This document shows, in pieces, positions 26,612-41,992 of a stretch of 64,000 nucleotides of DNA. The notes beneath the pieces were generated by a model. It ran no database searches and was not told where the DNA came from. It saw only the letters and a program-made list of their open reading frames with translations. The position numbers were made by a program, and so were the translations under genes. Each line of letters begins with the position of its first letter. Position 1 is the first letter of the stretch. The DNA comes from Chrysomallon squamiferum. Taxonomy: Eukaryota > Animalia > Mollusca. The stretch is taken from contig CM022665.1 of assembly GCA_012295275.1 (NCBI GenBank), positions 47,554,001-47,618,000 on the forward strand. The letters run 5' to 3'.

Positions 26612-28899
26612 CGCTAAAAAAAAAGGGGGGAATTAAAATAAATAAAAACTGAAAAATGCAAATAAAGAGTGCAATATGATTTTTGTATGAGTTTGTAAAT
26701 ATTTTGTGTTAAATAAAACAAATAAAAAGAGTATATCACTTATAAGAACATTGCAGTTGTTTTTTGTTTTTGTTTTGTTTTTCCTTTAATTTTTATATTT
26801 ATTGTTCGTTAAATAAATAAAACGAACCAAAATAGGAAATCATTTTTAGTAACATTGGAGTTTTTCCTTTGTTTCTTTTTTTTTTTTTTTTTTCTAATTA
26901 CATAAATATTGTGGCAATAAATTAATAAAAATCAAACAAAAACAGTATATCACATTTAATAACATTGCAACATTTTATAAAAAAAGTGGAACTTTTTCTT
27001 CTCCATTCTTTAATAAAAATTTACATTTTACTTTCTTTTTTTTTAAGTTAAAATTTTCTTTATAAACTGAAACCTTTCAAAAAAATACTGAAATTCATTA
27101 AAATATCGTAAGTTAAACCGGTTTATAAAAACCTGCAGATACTTCATTGTGGTTATACCTCTTAGATTTCTCATATATTCAGTTTTCTGTTGTATTTATA
27201 TATTATACTGAACTGTCTATTACTGTACTCTATATAAAACTGAATGCATTGTATTGTTATGGGACTTCACTAGGCATGATTGATTGTCTAATAATAAAAA
27301 AAAAAAAAAACATGGATTTCACCTTCTTATCTTGACCAAGCTGAACATAAAAAAAAAAAAAAAAAAAATTCACAAGTTTAAAAAAGAGAGTTATTCAGGC
27401 GTGTATATATATAAAATAAAATAAAAAAAAAAAAAAACCCATTTCCAATTGAGCTTAAAAATGCTTAAAATGTCAAAAAAAAACAACATAAAATTTGATT
27501 ATGAAAAAATTAAAATGATCAAAATAATGGGATATTGCTGGATCTTGCACTACTAACAGTAAATATTATTCTAAAATATTGTAAAGAGTTTTAAATATAA
27601 TGTCTTAAATATACCTAATAAATATTACTCTAAATAGCTTGAGAAAAAAAAGTATGTATGTACTAACAAGATGTCAATGTAAATGATGTGGAAAATTTTA
27701 TATATATATATATATGTATGCACTAACAAATATTAACCTCAAATTTGTAATCTGAGAGAAAGGAAAAAACGGTACTAATAGTAAATATTATTCTAAAATG
27801 TTGTTGAGAGCCTTTAAACTACATATTATTAATCTAAACGGTTTGCGAATATTAAAAGTATTTATGAATATCAATCTTAAAAATAATTAAACCGTATTAA
27901 CATTTCTATATAAATACTAAGAGAAAAGGTTGAAAAAAAAGAAAAAAAAGAAAAAGAAAAAAGAAAGAAATACACACAAGAACAAGAGATCAAAGAATAT
28001 TATTATTATTATTTCGGACTCGAGTAAACTAAGTAAAATTTATATACTGTCATGGGACATAAATGGTAAAGCAATAATGGTAACAAATAAAAACAACAAA
28101 CAAAACAAAACAAAATAAATAAATAAATAAACAGATTAATAAACAACATGGACAGATTGTGAATGTACATTACAAATGTCATACCCTTTCCTCCTGGTTT
28201 AACAAAACTCCGGGATTCACACAAAGGTAAAAAATCCCAGGTGTAATCCCAGAATTCAACCAGTTTAACTTTCTACAGAGATCAAGCAGGGCAGTAAGAT
28301 CATGATCATGTGTCTGAGGCACCATGAAGGAACCCAGGCTTTTTAAAAAATAAAAAAAAACTCACACAGAGAGAGAGAGAGAGTTATTTACAAATTAGCG
28401 AGTAAAAAAAATAACATACACCATCATCATCATCATCTGAAAGGTCATAAAACATTTAAAAATTAAAAACTTTCTAAAACGTAAAGAGACGATTCAAATA
28501 TGTTAAAAAAACATATATATATATATATATATATACTAACAGTAAAATAATGTATAATACTGTGTAATCAGAATGCATGTAAAATTCCCAAGTTCAACAA
28601 AGAAATAATTAATTTAAAAAAAGAAAGAAAAGAAAGAGAAGCAAATATACAGTTGTAAAACTACCTTAGTAGTTAGTTATATGGTAACAATAACTATATA
28701 TATATATATATATAAAAAGAAGAAGACAAATTTACTTTTGAACTGAAGTTATTTGTAAAATCATTATTCTAAAAAAAAAAAAAAAAAAAATTTTAAAAAT
28801 ATCTTACACAAGATAAAGTAAATACAAAATTCTGAGCATAGTTGTTTTGTAAAACACCAAAAAAAAAATAAAAATGTGGTTTAATTTCAGTGTGGTTAT

Positions 28900-28939
<40 letters not shown>

Positions 28940-31468
28940 ATAATAATAATTTAGTTAACAATAATATTAAAATCTGAAAGTATGTTTTGTCATAAATAAT
29001 CAATGAAAAGATGATGATGACAAGTATAAGTTGTAATACTTCTACAAAACTACAACCATCTAGTTTCAATATTCTAACAAGGATTAATTTATAACATGTC
29101 CTCTTTTTCGAATGCTTCACAATAAATTTGCTTATATACTTGAATTTCAATAAATTCTATACATCACCAAAATAAAACAATAAATAAATTTAAAATTTCA
29201 ATTTTTTGTTTTTTTTTTCCCCTAACAAATGCAGATATATTAAAATTTAATTAAAGTAGGTTATGTACAGGGCCAAACACCTAATCAGTACCAAACACAA
29301 AATGATTGTGTCTGTGTAGCTTATTTACAATGGCAGACAAATTCTGTTGATGACAGCAGAAAAAAAAAAAAAAAAATAAAAAACTTTTTCTGCTTTTTAT
29401 TCTCAAGGGCAAAGGTGTATGGTGACAAGAAAAGATGTAATAACTGAAGGGTACAATCTAGTCAACAATGACAGTGCAGAAATTATCTTGTAAACTGATA
29501 GCATTGTATAAATTTCAGTGTAAATAGGAAAACAAAAAACAAATTTTAAATTTTTTCAGTTTTTTTTCTGATTGTTTAAGGTCAAGTTGTTCCTGGCAGT
29601 ACAGCAGAATGCAAAACTCAATTTATTAAAAAAAAAAAAAAAAAAAAAAAAACCAATAAAAACAACAACAACTAAATAACTGAGTAAAAACAGACGATGT
29701 TACAAAGTCAACTACACACAGCAAACATTGAAAAAAAAAGAATCAACAACAACAACAACAGCAGCAGCAGCAGCAGCAGAGGCAGCACATCTAAGAAAAT
29801 TAAAAACTATCAGCAAACTGAAACAAAAATAAACAAAAAAACAACAAAAAAAAAAAAAATCTAAACCATTAACTGTCCAATGCACACATCTAGATTGGGA
29901 AAAAAAAAAAAACAGTTTTCTGTGAGTTCACCATGATACTTGATCTCTAAATGACAAAACTATGAATATTTGAAAATGTATTTTCTGTTTTATTTTGTAT
30001 CCTCTAGATCCTATCGTAACAGCAAAATGATGTCAGCTAGCTGATAAACCTCTACACAGAACAGGAGAACGTTCAACACACACCTTGTCCCTTTGCAAGA
30101 AATCTCCCCAGAGGAAAAACAACAAAATCAATCTTTCATTCATCGCACTGCGCATTCTCTTTGATTCTTCCGCACGCAACAACAATCAAGTGTGACGTGT
30201 GCAGCCTGTCCTGGGGAAAAACAACACCAACAACATCATCACCAACAACAACGTCTTGAACTTATTCTTGCCTCCAAGATGCACCTACACCTGCAAGTCC
30301 TGTGAGCGGCACCTGCACCTATAAGTCACATACCTTCAGCTTTGTTAATATATAAACTTGTATCTGAGTAATGTGCACTGACACCTATGAGTTATGTATG
30401 AGCCTGCAGGATCCGTGAGCTGCACCTGCACCTATTAGTCGCCTACTTTCAGCTTTATCAGTGAACTGTGTTATATTGACACCTATAAGTTACATGTAAC
30501 ATAGTGAGTAATGCAGAAACACCTAGACCAGTGAGTTGCACCTACACCTGTGAGTTTTGTGCACCTATAAACCTTCATGCTGTACTGTACTAGAGGAACA
30601 ACTTTTAAACATTTTTTGTTTTGTTTTTCATCTTACACAGAGCAATTGCACTTTACACTTAGAAATAAAAACAACTTTTTTTTAAATAAAAAAAGCTTTC
30701 GGCCAATGCATTATTAACGTGCCAAGTTCACCGAAGCTAAAACACAGTAATTTCATTTTATTATTTACAGTTTTATTATTGTTCTTTTGTTTCCTGGGTG
30801 TTTGTTTATTTTTGTCTCACCATGATCAATTTGATAAAAAAAATAAATAAATAAATAAAATATATAAAGAGTAAAAAAATGCAAACTATTCATCAACATT
30901 AAAAAAACAACAACATAATAATAATAATTATAATACACTTAAAAAAAAATAATAATAATAATAAAATAAAATAAAAAACATTCCCCAAAACATAAGCAGC
31001 AGATAAGAAATGAAGGGATGAAATGATGCATTACACATGAATAAATATATTGATGTAGTTTCTGCGTTAGTAAAAAAATAAGAAGCGAAGTTATGAAAAT
31101 TGTATATTTTTTTTTTTTTGTTGTTTTTTTACATCTGATTCAAAGGGGGGAATGCTCAGTAAGTGGACAATGAAATGTATGACATGGACAATGTCGTGTA
31201 TTGACATCACTGTACAGGTGAGGTCCTGTGTATTGCACAGGTGTCAGTAATGAGAAAAAAAAAATATAGTAGTAGTAATAATAATAATAATAATAATTAA
31301 AAAATAATAATAATACCAATAATAATAATAATAATAATAATTAAAAATTAATAATAATACCAATAATACCAATGATAATAATAGTAATATTAATAATAAT
31401 AATCATTATTATGCCATTTATATCAATGATAACAATAGTAATATTAATAATAATATTATTATTATTAT

Positions 31469-31516
<48 letters not shown>

Positions 31517-33164
31517 GGATATGCACAGAATCATCATGATATTTTGAACTCTCTTTCACAGTTTATGTCAGAACTAAAGGCTTGATACTGTTAGTCGTGC
31601 TTGAACCTTCACAGGATGATACTTCATCATCATTTATCATCAACAAGGGATGGATGTGAATGATGCTGATCACCAAAGTTTATATTAGATACTCGTACAA
31701 TGCAGTATTTACAAATATATACAGTATAATATTATGATGATGCTAAAAGTATCTCACATACAGGAAAAACGTTATTTTTTTCTTTTGTTTTTAAATGTAA
31801 ACAAAAGAGAAAAAATATGACAAAATGACAAAAAATATTTAAAAACAAAAGTCTTTAGAAAAAATCTTCTCTTCGGTTTTCTTCTTGTTAATAAATCTTT
31901 CTTTCATGTAACAATGATATTGTTCTTTCAGAATGACAATAACAAAAACATTTATTTAACACCCTTACATTTTTCATAATAAAAAAAACAACAACAACAA
32001 CCCATCAACAACTAATAATAAAAAGGTGAACAAACAGATAGACAGATGGACAGAAAAAAAATTATCAACACTGTAGACATCATTAAAAACAATTATGCTG
32101 TTACCATTTAAAATAAAAATTTCAAAAAAAAATCTAAACATATTTTTTAAATGTTTTTTTAAAAAAAAAAAAAAAAAAGTTTGTACCATAAACAAGGCAA
32201 AGAAAATGCAAGTTTGTACAATCAATCAGAAACAATTTAAACAAAAACAAAAACAATTTTTTTTTTTTTTTTTAAATAAAGGAAAAAACAATTGTACCAT
32301 AAACAGAGCAAGAAAAATGCAAGTTTGTACAATTACTGAAAGCAGGTTTTCACGGTTGACAAAGCAGAGATGTACAATTACAGATATCAAATTAAAATTA
32401 TTGCTCTTTACTCAGAAGTTTATTTATATACATTAATTTTTAATGCGTGTAAACAAAAAAAAAACAAAAAAAAAAAAAAAAATGGCGGCCTCCTCCATAA
32501 AAGACACTGACAGCAATAATTTTACTTCTCTATGGTTAAAATACTTAGTCTGTCAAAAAAAAAAAAAAAAAAATTTTACAAATTAAATAGAATAAAAATG
32601 GGGAAGTTACTCTAATGTTATCTGTTATATTTACAAGTTAATTTTTGTCTTATCCCCAAAAGTTGAAAAAAAAAAAATTAAATAATAATAATAATAAAAA
32701 ATTAAAATTAGAAAAATTGTTGTTCAGTATAAAACCTATAAGCAGCATTTGTTGTTTAAATAATATGCACAGGTTACTAAAAATGGAAAGATGTCCACTT
32801 ATTTTTATTGTGGGTGGGAGAATAAATAAAAAAAAATAAAATAAAATGTTTTTTTAATTTCACAGCTTGCTCTAATGACACATGTAAACAGTTTGAACTC
32901 TGGTGTCTGGAACTGAGAACAAAAACAGGACAGAATTTGATAACGAGTGCTGAATGTCATTGTGCTGTTAAGTAAGTAACAAAACCGAAAATTAAGAGTT
33001 TAAGAAACTAAGTCATTAAGATTATTGCCTTGTTATAGTAAATAAGGTGATTGTGGTCTTAATTGTAATTGCTTTGGTTTAAATTTACTGATAGGGATCA
33101 CAATCGTCAAAGGCACTTTTAAAACATTTTTTTTTTTGTTATTTCTTTAATTTTTTATTATTAC

Positions 33165-33201
<37 letters not shown>

Positions 33202-33244
33202 TTCTTTTGATGTTCATTTTTTGTCTTTTTATTATTTTTATTAT

Positions 33245-33294
<50 letters not shown>

Positions 33295-35436
33295 TGAAAT
33301 ATCTATTATTACATTTTGTTGCAAATTAATTTCTACATTCTAATAAGATTATTCTGTTACTGAAAAATATTTCTGTTTTTATCACAGGTTGAGATAAAAC
33401 TGAAATTTACTGTTTTGTGAAAAAAAAAAGTTTAACCTAGCTAAATTAATAAACCATTTCAGAAATCTTTTACATACAGTTATACAAACTTTACTTTCAA
33501 ATTCCTCACCAACATTAATCAATCAAAAACGTCACATTTTATCAGGAACTGATAAATTTAAATCAAACTTTCAAGACAAAAATCGGGATAAATCGAGGCA
33601 AACCAGTAAAAACTTTTTTTTTTTTTTTTTTTTTTTCTGGTTCTAACTCCACAGTGCAAAATTAAATCAAATTTTCAACTTGTGACAGGAAAATAAAACA
33701 AAACTATCTTTTCCAAAATGTATCAAGAGTTAAAAAAAAATTAAACTAACCACATTTTGAGTGCATTAAGGCAATAGAAGAAAAAAAAATGTTTTTAAAC
33801 AGCATCAGGGCAAAAGGAACTGAACTAGATGTCTTTAAAATTGCATAATTAGAAAGGTATGAGAATGAACAGTGGGTAAGTCAGAACTGCTAATCATCTG
33901 GTCTGGCTTCCAGTGTGAAGTGGTCAGCTACTACTGACCACTGTCCACAGTGTACAAACACGTACACAAATAAATAAATAAATAACCAGCTATGTAACAG
34001 CATCTCTCTGTACAGACAAAACGTCAACGTCTTACCCATGATAACAACAATGCCACCAGCATCGTCAACTTCCAATAAAATTATAACAAATGGGTCATCA
34101 TCATCACTGGATGATGTCAGTAAGTCATCATCTCAGGATGATTTCAGTAAGGTCAACAATACCTGATCTAAATTCAAAACAAGTAATTTACACAATGGAC
34201 AGAACAGGTTAAATAACAACAGGTCATCCATCATCTTTAGTAGATGATCTACATTGAGAATTTGTAATCGCATGATGGAGAGAAGAAATCGACAAGAACA
34301 GAAGATGGACAAAAGAAGAAATCAACAGACATAGAAAGAAAAAAAAATGCATAAGAAGACATATTTATATATATATATACAGGACAAAGTAAATCATCAA
34401 CAAACAGTGATCAGTCAGCAACACAAATGTTTAAAATGACTCCAAACAAACAAACATCCTTTCTTCAACAATGGTGAATGATTTTTTTTCAAGTGAAAGA
34501 GAAAATGATCTTCAAAAGATGAGATTAATAAACCCTGGCAGAGGGTTTTAGTAGCAAAATGTTTGTCAGGTAGGAAAAGTTACTAGAAGAATATAAAGAA
34601 AATATCTGAGGATTAAAAAAGAAAAAAAGAAAAAATATTCTAACAACTATGGAGACTGTTAGAGAGTAAATTTACTAAGAAATCTGAACAGTCAAAAATC
34701 TACAAAAAAAACAAACAGGGTTAATACATGTATATGTTATTATTATTTAATAAAATTATATAAATAATCTGATTTAATCTGATTATTTTTACAAGGAGAA
34801 TCTTTGAATAAATATAAAACAGTGTCAAAATAAATTAAGAACAACAAAGGGTATAAAAAAAAACCCAACAATAATGAAAGTAATTATAAATGTGATTTTC
34901 TTTTGTAGATGGGTCTTTCTTATTAAACATCATTTTATATGGCTCAAAGTAAAAAAAAAATTTAAAAATTAAAATTATTTACTCAAGAGACCGTTCCCTC
35001 AACACTTATTTGTTACAGAAATTTCTTTATATTTACTTTATGTATTTATTTAGTTACATATTTAATCATTTGTGTTATTTATTTATTTATTTAGTCTTAT
35101 ATTTACCTATCTGTGTTATTTATTCATTTATATTATTCTTTTATTTGGTTAATTGGTTATATTTTTGCTTATTTAATTTATATTACATCATTTACTTATT
35201 TATTTATTTATTTATTTAAATTAAAACTGTTTGATACAAACGTAAATTCAGAAACTCTTTCTTCACACACAGACACACACACACAGGCAAAGGATGTACG
35301 AACAAGCTGATGAAAATGCATTATAAAACATGAATTTTTCTCTCTTTCTTTTTATCTTTTTTTATCTTTCTCTCTTTTTTCTTTTTGTATTATTGATGTA
35401 AAAAAAAAAAAAAAAAAAAAAATGTGGAAGTTTTTT

Positions 35437-35813
35437 TTAAAAAGCGGGGATGTAGCAGTAGGCGACAAACGAGGACAACAGCAAGTAGATTAACCACAGA
35501 GAAGTAAAGAAGACGGCTGTGGGTATCTTGTACTTGGGAGGCCCGCCCAGCTCCCCGCCTATCAGCTTCACCCGGCGCAGGACGAGGATGAAGATGCAGG
35601 CAACGGCGAGACAGCAGAACAGCGTCACGGAGAAGGCCAGCGAGCCCGGGGGCACCTTGAAGACCTCGCCACGTGACGCGTGGTAGATGGCCGCGATGGA
35701 CCACGCGATGCCGATGCCGAGGAACACGTTGACGGCATTACTGCCGGTGACGTTGCCAATGGAAGAGTCGGCGTATTTGTCGTTGATGGCGGCGACTTTG
35801 CTGGCAAACGTGT
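35437..35813 (-). CDS. SLC8A: Na+/Ca2+ exchanger, last coding exon (end of alpha-2 repeat and terminal TM segments)
   Basis: Reads DTFASKVAAINDKYADSSIGNVTGSNAVNVFLGIGIAWSIAAIYH...GSLAFSVTLF...GGELGGP...YCYIPAF-stop. 377 nt, phase-1 start. Confidence 0.97.
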
Positions 35814-36079
35814 CTGAAAAAGAAAAAGAATGGATGAAAGTTTTGTTGTGTAACTGGGTAGGTAAAATAGTGTGGGTTTTTTTTGGTATGAGAACGTGTC
35901 TGAAAAAGAATGGATGAAAGTTTTTTTAAATTTTGTTGTGTAACTGAGTTTTTTTTTGCTGTGGTTTAGTAGAAGCTGAATTGTTTGAATTTTTAGAATA
36001 ATTAGATGATAAAATATAAAATTTTCATTTGCTAGAATCATTACAAAAGTTTTCATTTTTTAAATTTTTTTTTTTACTT

Positions 36080-36600
36080 GAGAAAATTATTTTAAAAGTT
36101 ATTCTTTAGTGAAACCTGAACATCGATTTTTTTCAATGCTGTAATGATATTAAACTTTCATTTATCAGAATCATTGCTATATGTTTTGAGAAAATTACTT
36201 TTAAAGTTATTTTGTGGTGAAACCTGAACATCGATTTTTTTCAATGCAGTAATGATATTAAACTTTCATTTATCAGAATCATTGCTATATGTTTTGAGAA
36301 AATTACTTTTAAAGTTATTTTTAGATGATGATGTAAAAATCAATTTTCTTTTCCAATATAATAATATCAAACATTCACATGTTTTAAAAGCTTTTAAAGT
36401 TATTTTTAGATTGATGTAAAAATCAATTTTTCATATTTTTGAAGAAATTTACTTTCAAAGTTTTTTTTGATGAAACACAAAAAACTGTTTTCCCAGTACA
36501 GTAATATTAAACTTTCATTTATTAGAACCACAACTATTAGTTTCACTTTTTCTGAGAAAATTACTTTTAAAGGTATTTTTTGGTGTAATATACAAGTTAT
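36080..36600. repeat. Degenerate ~110-bp tandem repeat upstream of the last NCX exon
   Basis: Recurrent tgagaaaattacttttaaagttatttt...aaactttcatttatcagaatc. Confidence 0.75.
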
Positions 36601-37001
36601 TTAATTATTTTCATATCTGAAACACATTGACATTTAGACCATTTGTGTAATAATAATAATAATTAAAAGAATCTAATAATAATGACAATTAATGATGATG
36701 ATGATGATAATTATGAAAACAAGTAATGATGATGATGATAGTGGCAATGAGGATGACAATCATCATCATCATCATCATCATGATTTTACAAAAACTGTGG
36801 TAAAAAAAAAGAAAAGAAAATCAATACCATTAAAACAGACACTAACACAGAAATGAAACTATTGCTGGCACAGTCTGACTAGTCCCTGGTGCCTCATTCC
36901 AGAAGTAATTTTTGTGTTATTGCTGTGTTTTTACAAGCCACACCAGACTCACACAGAGCCCAGATGTCTCTGATATCTAATCAAGAAATTGTACAACTCT
37001 G

Positions 37002-37004
<3 letters not shown>

Positions 37005-37063
<59 letters not shown>

Positions 37064-37154
37064 CTCTCTCTCTCAATCTCTTTCTCTCTCTCCATTATCC
37101 TTTGCACAACTATTGTCATGGTGCAATCAACTAAATATCATGTCATCAATAATA

Positions 37155-37222
<68 letters not shown>

Positions 37223-37280
37223 ATCCTCTGCACAACTATTGTCATGGTGCAATCAACTAAATATCATGGCATCAATAATA

Positions 37281-37360
<80 letters not shown>
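37005..37360 (+). repeat. (CT)n-embedded 67-bp repeat, two copies (37092-37158 and 37218-37284)
   Basis: ccattatcctytgcacaactattgtcatggtgcaatcaactaaatatcatgkcatcaataatacatc between CT tracts. Confidence 0.9.
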
Positions 37361-37363
<3 letters not shown>

Positions 37364-37659
37364 AAAAAACATTGTATTCTGAACCTTAGTAATCAGCAAT
37401 AATGAAAAAAAATGTCATAAACAGCAATAAAACCGACATTAATTTTCAATCATTCTACTTTTAATTTTTTTTTAAAATTCAAACATTTTGAATTTTTCAA
37501 ATCTATAACGATCTTTTGTTTAACTTTTTTTCTATAGTTTCTACATCAGACACTTTATTTTTTATTTTCGTTTGAAAGTCCGTATTTATCCTAATCCTAC
37601 TTTTTACTGTACATTTTATAAAATTCACTTCTCTTTATAAACACATGTTGCAATTATGT

Positions 37660-37945
37660 GATAACACAAAACTCGGTGAAAATACAAAACTTGATGAAAA
37701 CACTAAACTTCGTGTCAACAAACTTTGGTGACACTATAAAACTAGGTTACAACACAAAACTTGGTTACAACACACAACTCAATGACAACAAAAAACTTGA
37801 TGACAACACAAAAACTCGGTTACAACACAAAAACTCGGTTACAACACAAAACTTGGTTACAACACAACTCAATGACAACACAAAACTTGGTTACAACACA
37901 AAAACTCGGTGACAACACAAAACTCGGTGACAGGACAAAACTAGG
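37660..37945. repeat. ~18-bp minisatellite (ggttacaacacaaaacty) next to an NCX donor site
   Basis: About 15 degenerate copies. Confidence 0.85.
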
Positions 37946-37982
37946 CTGTGTGTGTGTGATAAATCGGAATTGTTTTCCTCAC

Positions 37983-38141
37983 CTGGAACACTGGTTCCCA
38001 AGGCAACAAACGAGATGGCTGTGACAGTATCCTTCAGCCCCACTGTGCAGCCAAAGCCTGACGCGAGGTCACCGATGACAGCTGTGAGGAGGCCGATCAC
38101 GATGATAGACACGAAGAAACACGCCCAGCCGCCCCAGTAGT
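37983..38141 (-). CDS. SLC8A: Na+/Ca2+ exchanger exon (alpha-2 repeat, GTSVPD)
   Basis: Reads DYWGGWACFFVSIIVIGLLTAVIGDLASGFGCTVGLKDTVTAISFVALGTSVP, then gtgagg. 159 nt, phase 1-1. Confidence 0.97.
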
Positions 38142-38159
38142 CTGAAAACAAACATCAAA

Positions 38160-38425
38160 TAACTCAACTACATCTCAATTTATTCCGTTAAAAATATATA
38201 TATGTATGTGTATATATATATATATAGTAATACATCAAACTTAATGTACATCTCAATTTATTTGGTTAAAAAATACATATATATAGTAATAAATAAAACT
38301 TCAACTACATCTCTACTTTATTCTGTTAAAAAATAAAATATATATATATATATATATATACAAAACTACATATAAATATAGTAATAAATAAAACTTCAAC
38401 TACATCTCTACTTTATTCTGTTAAA

Positions 38426-38461
<36 letters not shown>

Positions 38462-38766
38462 TATAAATATAGTAATAAATAAAACTTCATGTACATCTCT
38501 ACTTTATTCTGTTAAAAAAAATATATATATATATATAAAACTACATATAAATATAGTAATAAATAAAACTTCATGTACATCTCTATTTTATTCAATATAT
38601 ATATATATAGTAATAAATAAAACTTCAACTACATCTCTACTTTATTCAGTTAAAAATAAAAATAGTAGTAATAAAACAAACAACAAAACTTCATCTCTAC
38701 TTTATTCTGTTAAAAATATATATATATATAAATAAAACTTCATGTACATCTCTATTTTATTCATTT

Positions 38767-38807
<41 letters not shown>

Positions 38808-38962
38808 ATAAATAAAACTTCAACTACATCTCTACTTTATTCAGTTAAAAATAAAAATAGTAGTCTGAAAACAAACAACAAAACTTCATCTCTACTTTAT
38901 TCTGTTAAATATGTATATATATATAGTAATAAATAAAACTTCATGTACATCTCTATTTTATT

Positions 38963-38998
<36 letters not shown>

Positions 38999-39230
38999 TA
39001 AATAAAACTTCAACTACATCTCTACTTTATTCAGTTAAAAATAAAAATAGTAGTCTGAAAACAAACAACAAAACTTCATCTCTACTTTATTCTGTTAAAT
39101 ATGTATATATATATAGTAATAAATAAAACTTCATGTACATCTCAATTTTATTCATTAAAAACATTAATAATAAAAATAATAGTTTGAAAGTAGTAAATAA
39201 AACTTCAGGTATGTCTCAACTTCATTCATT
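38160..39230. repeat. Compound ~55-90-bp repeat with (TA)n inserts next to an NCX acceptor
   Basis: Recurrent aaataaaacttcaactacatctctactttattctgttaaa. Confidence 0.85.
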
Positions 39231-39371
39231 TTTTCAAAAATATTATTATTTCACTTTAATGATAAAAAAAAAATAAAAAAATAATAATAATATCTGTTAA
39301 TATATTAGAAGTACTGTATGAATATTACACAATTAACTTTTTTTTGTGTTTTTTGTGTTTTTATTATTATT

Positions 39372-39415
<44 letters not shown>

Positions 39416-41873
39416 GTTTGTGTGTGTATATATATATATATTGTTTTTCAATATTTATAAAATAAAATTATTTTCCACTGCTTCAGTCACGTTAATGGTA
39501 GAAATGTAATTATATTCATTAATCTATCATAAATAAATTATGGCATAAATACAACATAACTTAACTTTTTTGTCCTTATTTGTTTTTTTTTTTTTTTTTT
39601 TTTTTTTCAATATTTATGAAATAAAATAATTTAAATTACACAAAAATAGAATTATATCTATTATTACAGGTATGGCATTACTGTAACTCAGTGAACTTTT
39701 TATTTATGTATTTTTATTACTTTTTGTTCGTTTGTTGTAGGTTTTCCTTTCTTTTATTTAATTTATTTTCTTTATTATTATTTTTTTAATATATTTATGA
39801 TACAATCATATACTATAAATAAATTAATTTTTTTTTTTTGAAATTCATTCACACATTCATTCAGTAACAGTCAGAGAAAAACATATGCAGAATAAAAATA
39901 TATTTTATTATCTTTTTTTATATTACACCTACATTTTTTTTTTCTTTTTTATCTTTTTTTTTTTTTTTTTTTTTGTTTCTTTTGTTTCATTTGTTCTTTT
40001 CTGTTTTAAATCCTACAAAATTATCCCTTAGTTTGATCAATAGAGATAACCGAAAATAAATTATCATTGAACACAGAAATACAGCTGGTAACAATGAAAA
40101 GCAGATAATCAATAGATTAATTAAACTATTTTCCATCTCACCTTGGTTTCTTTTTAACAGTGCACTTTTGTCTGCTTACAACAAAACAGTGCAGTTTTGT
40201 TACAGCTACTTTAATCTTTTAAAACTTGTGTCTGTTTACGTCACAAACAAAAAAACTATAAATATTTTCGTTCACGAGTACACACAATAATAACATTAGG
40301 GTTACAACATCTGAATACAGCACTGGAAACTGCAATGAATGCGAAACCATCATAATCGTTCAACTCAATTATTAATTAGTGTTATCAAATCTAAATACTG
40401 CACAGAAAACTTCAATGAATGAGAAACAATAAAATATTTCCATACAGAAGCCTGCAGAGGTGTTTATCTGAATAATAAATTAGTGTTATTGTGTGTGTTA
40501 TTACATCTAAATGTTTGCACAGAAAAAAACCACAACAAACGAGAAACTATAAATAGTTTCACACATAATCATCTCTCTGAATTATAAATTAGAAATATTG
40601 TATCTAAATACCACACAGAAAAGTACCTGCGTACCTAATATCTTTTGTTTTCTAACCTGATATGATTTGTAGATATACAAATAAAAATTATAGCTTGTAC
40701 TTTACATGGCTGCACCTGTAACACATTCTCACCTATTTTACATTCACACCTAGGTATGCAACATTCATTTATCTTAATGATAAAGACAAACACACACCTA
40801 CTTTAAGCTAGCTGAAAAAAAAAAACATTTTACCTTAATTTACGCGAATGATAAAAAAAATATATTTTAACCAGTTTAATTTGGTTAAAAAAAAACTCAG
40901 AAGAAATAGCTGTGAACATTACCTCCGAATGACAATAAACAGATAAACATCTACATGTAACTATCATATTTACTCAGTAAAAAAAAATAAAAAAATAAAA
41001 TAAAATAAAAATAGACCCCCCTACCCAATGGGTGTGGCAGATTCTCTTCACACACAAACATTATGGCTAAATTATACCCACTCATGTTAATCTCTCTTTA
41101 TATATATATATGTTTCGCGGCATAGAATAACCAGTCACATGGTGAAAATGATCAAAACTGTGGTTTTGATGGAATACATAAAAAAAACCACATTCTATCG
41201 ATCAAAAACACATGTAATGAATTATCAAAAAAAATCGGATTAAAACTTAGGGAATATTTTACAGAATTTCGTATAAAAAGAATTAGGTCTTTCTCACAAA
41301 AACTATTTCTCTGTGTTAACAGGCTGTGAACAAAAAAATAAACATCTGACTGGTTATCCCACACCACCACACACACAGGTTCAGTCATCAGATGCATTTA
41401 ACATTAGTTTGTTTAACACAAGAACAGTCTAAACCAGGGATCACCAACACAGTAACCACGGGCAACATGTTGCCCTCCCACTCCCACAAGAACCACACCA
41501 GTCGCCCACAGGCCTGTTCCTAAAATATTTACACAATTACTGAAATCAACAGAATTAAATATTGAATATTGATATTATCTGTATCCAACCTTGTTAGGTC
41601 ACTGGTGATAATTATTGTGGAGAAATCATTAATATGATCTGTGACTTCATACAGATGGGTATCATTAATAATAACATATAACTGAAGATAAACTGAACAG
41701 ATTTGTTATTTCAGAATGGTGTATCAAACAGATAGCCCTTTGTGTGACTCAGTACCTGTGAAGTTGATCTCATGTTCAAAATGGTTGGTGAGCCTTGGTC
41801 TAAATACAGTTGTTGTTTTTTTTAGAAATTTGTCAGCTGTTAAGAAAAGGAAAAGTACTAATAGAGAACAAAC

Positions 41874-41990
41874 CTGTTGGTGGAACGCAGGCAAACAGAA
41901 CCTTCCAAAAGAGAGTGAGAAAATGCATGACGTAGTCCATGCAGGACGGCAGCTTTTCTTCAGCCTCTTCGTCTGTGGCGTCATCATCGC
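41874..41990 (-). CDS. SLC8A: Na+/Ca2+ exchanger exon
   Basis: Reads GDDDATDEEAEEKLPSCMDYVMHFLTLFWKVLFACVPPT, then gtttgt. 117 nt, phase 1-1. Confidence 0.95.
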
Positions 41991-41992
41991 CT

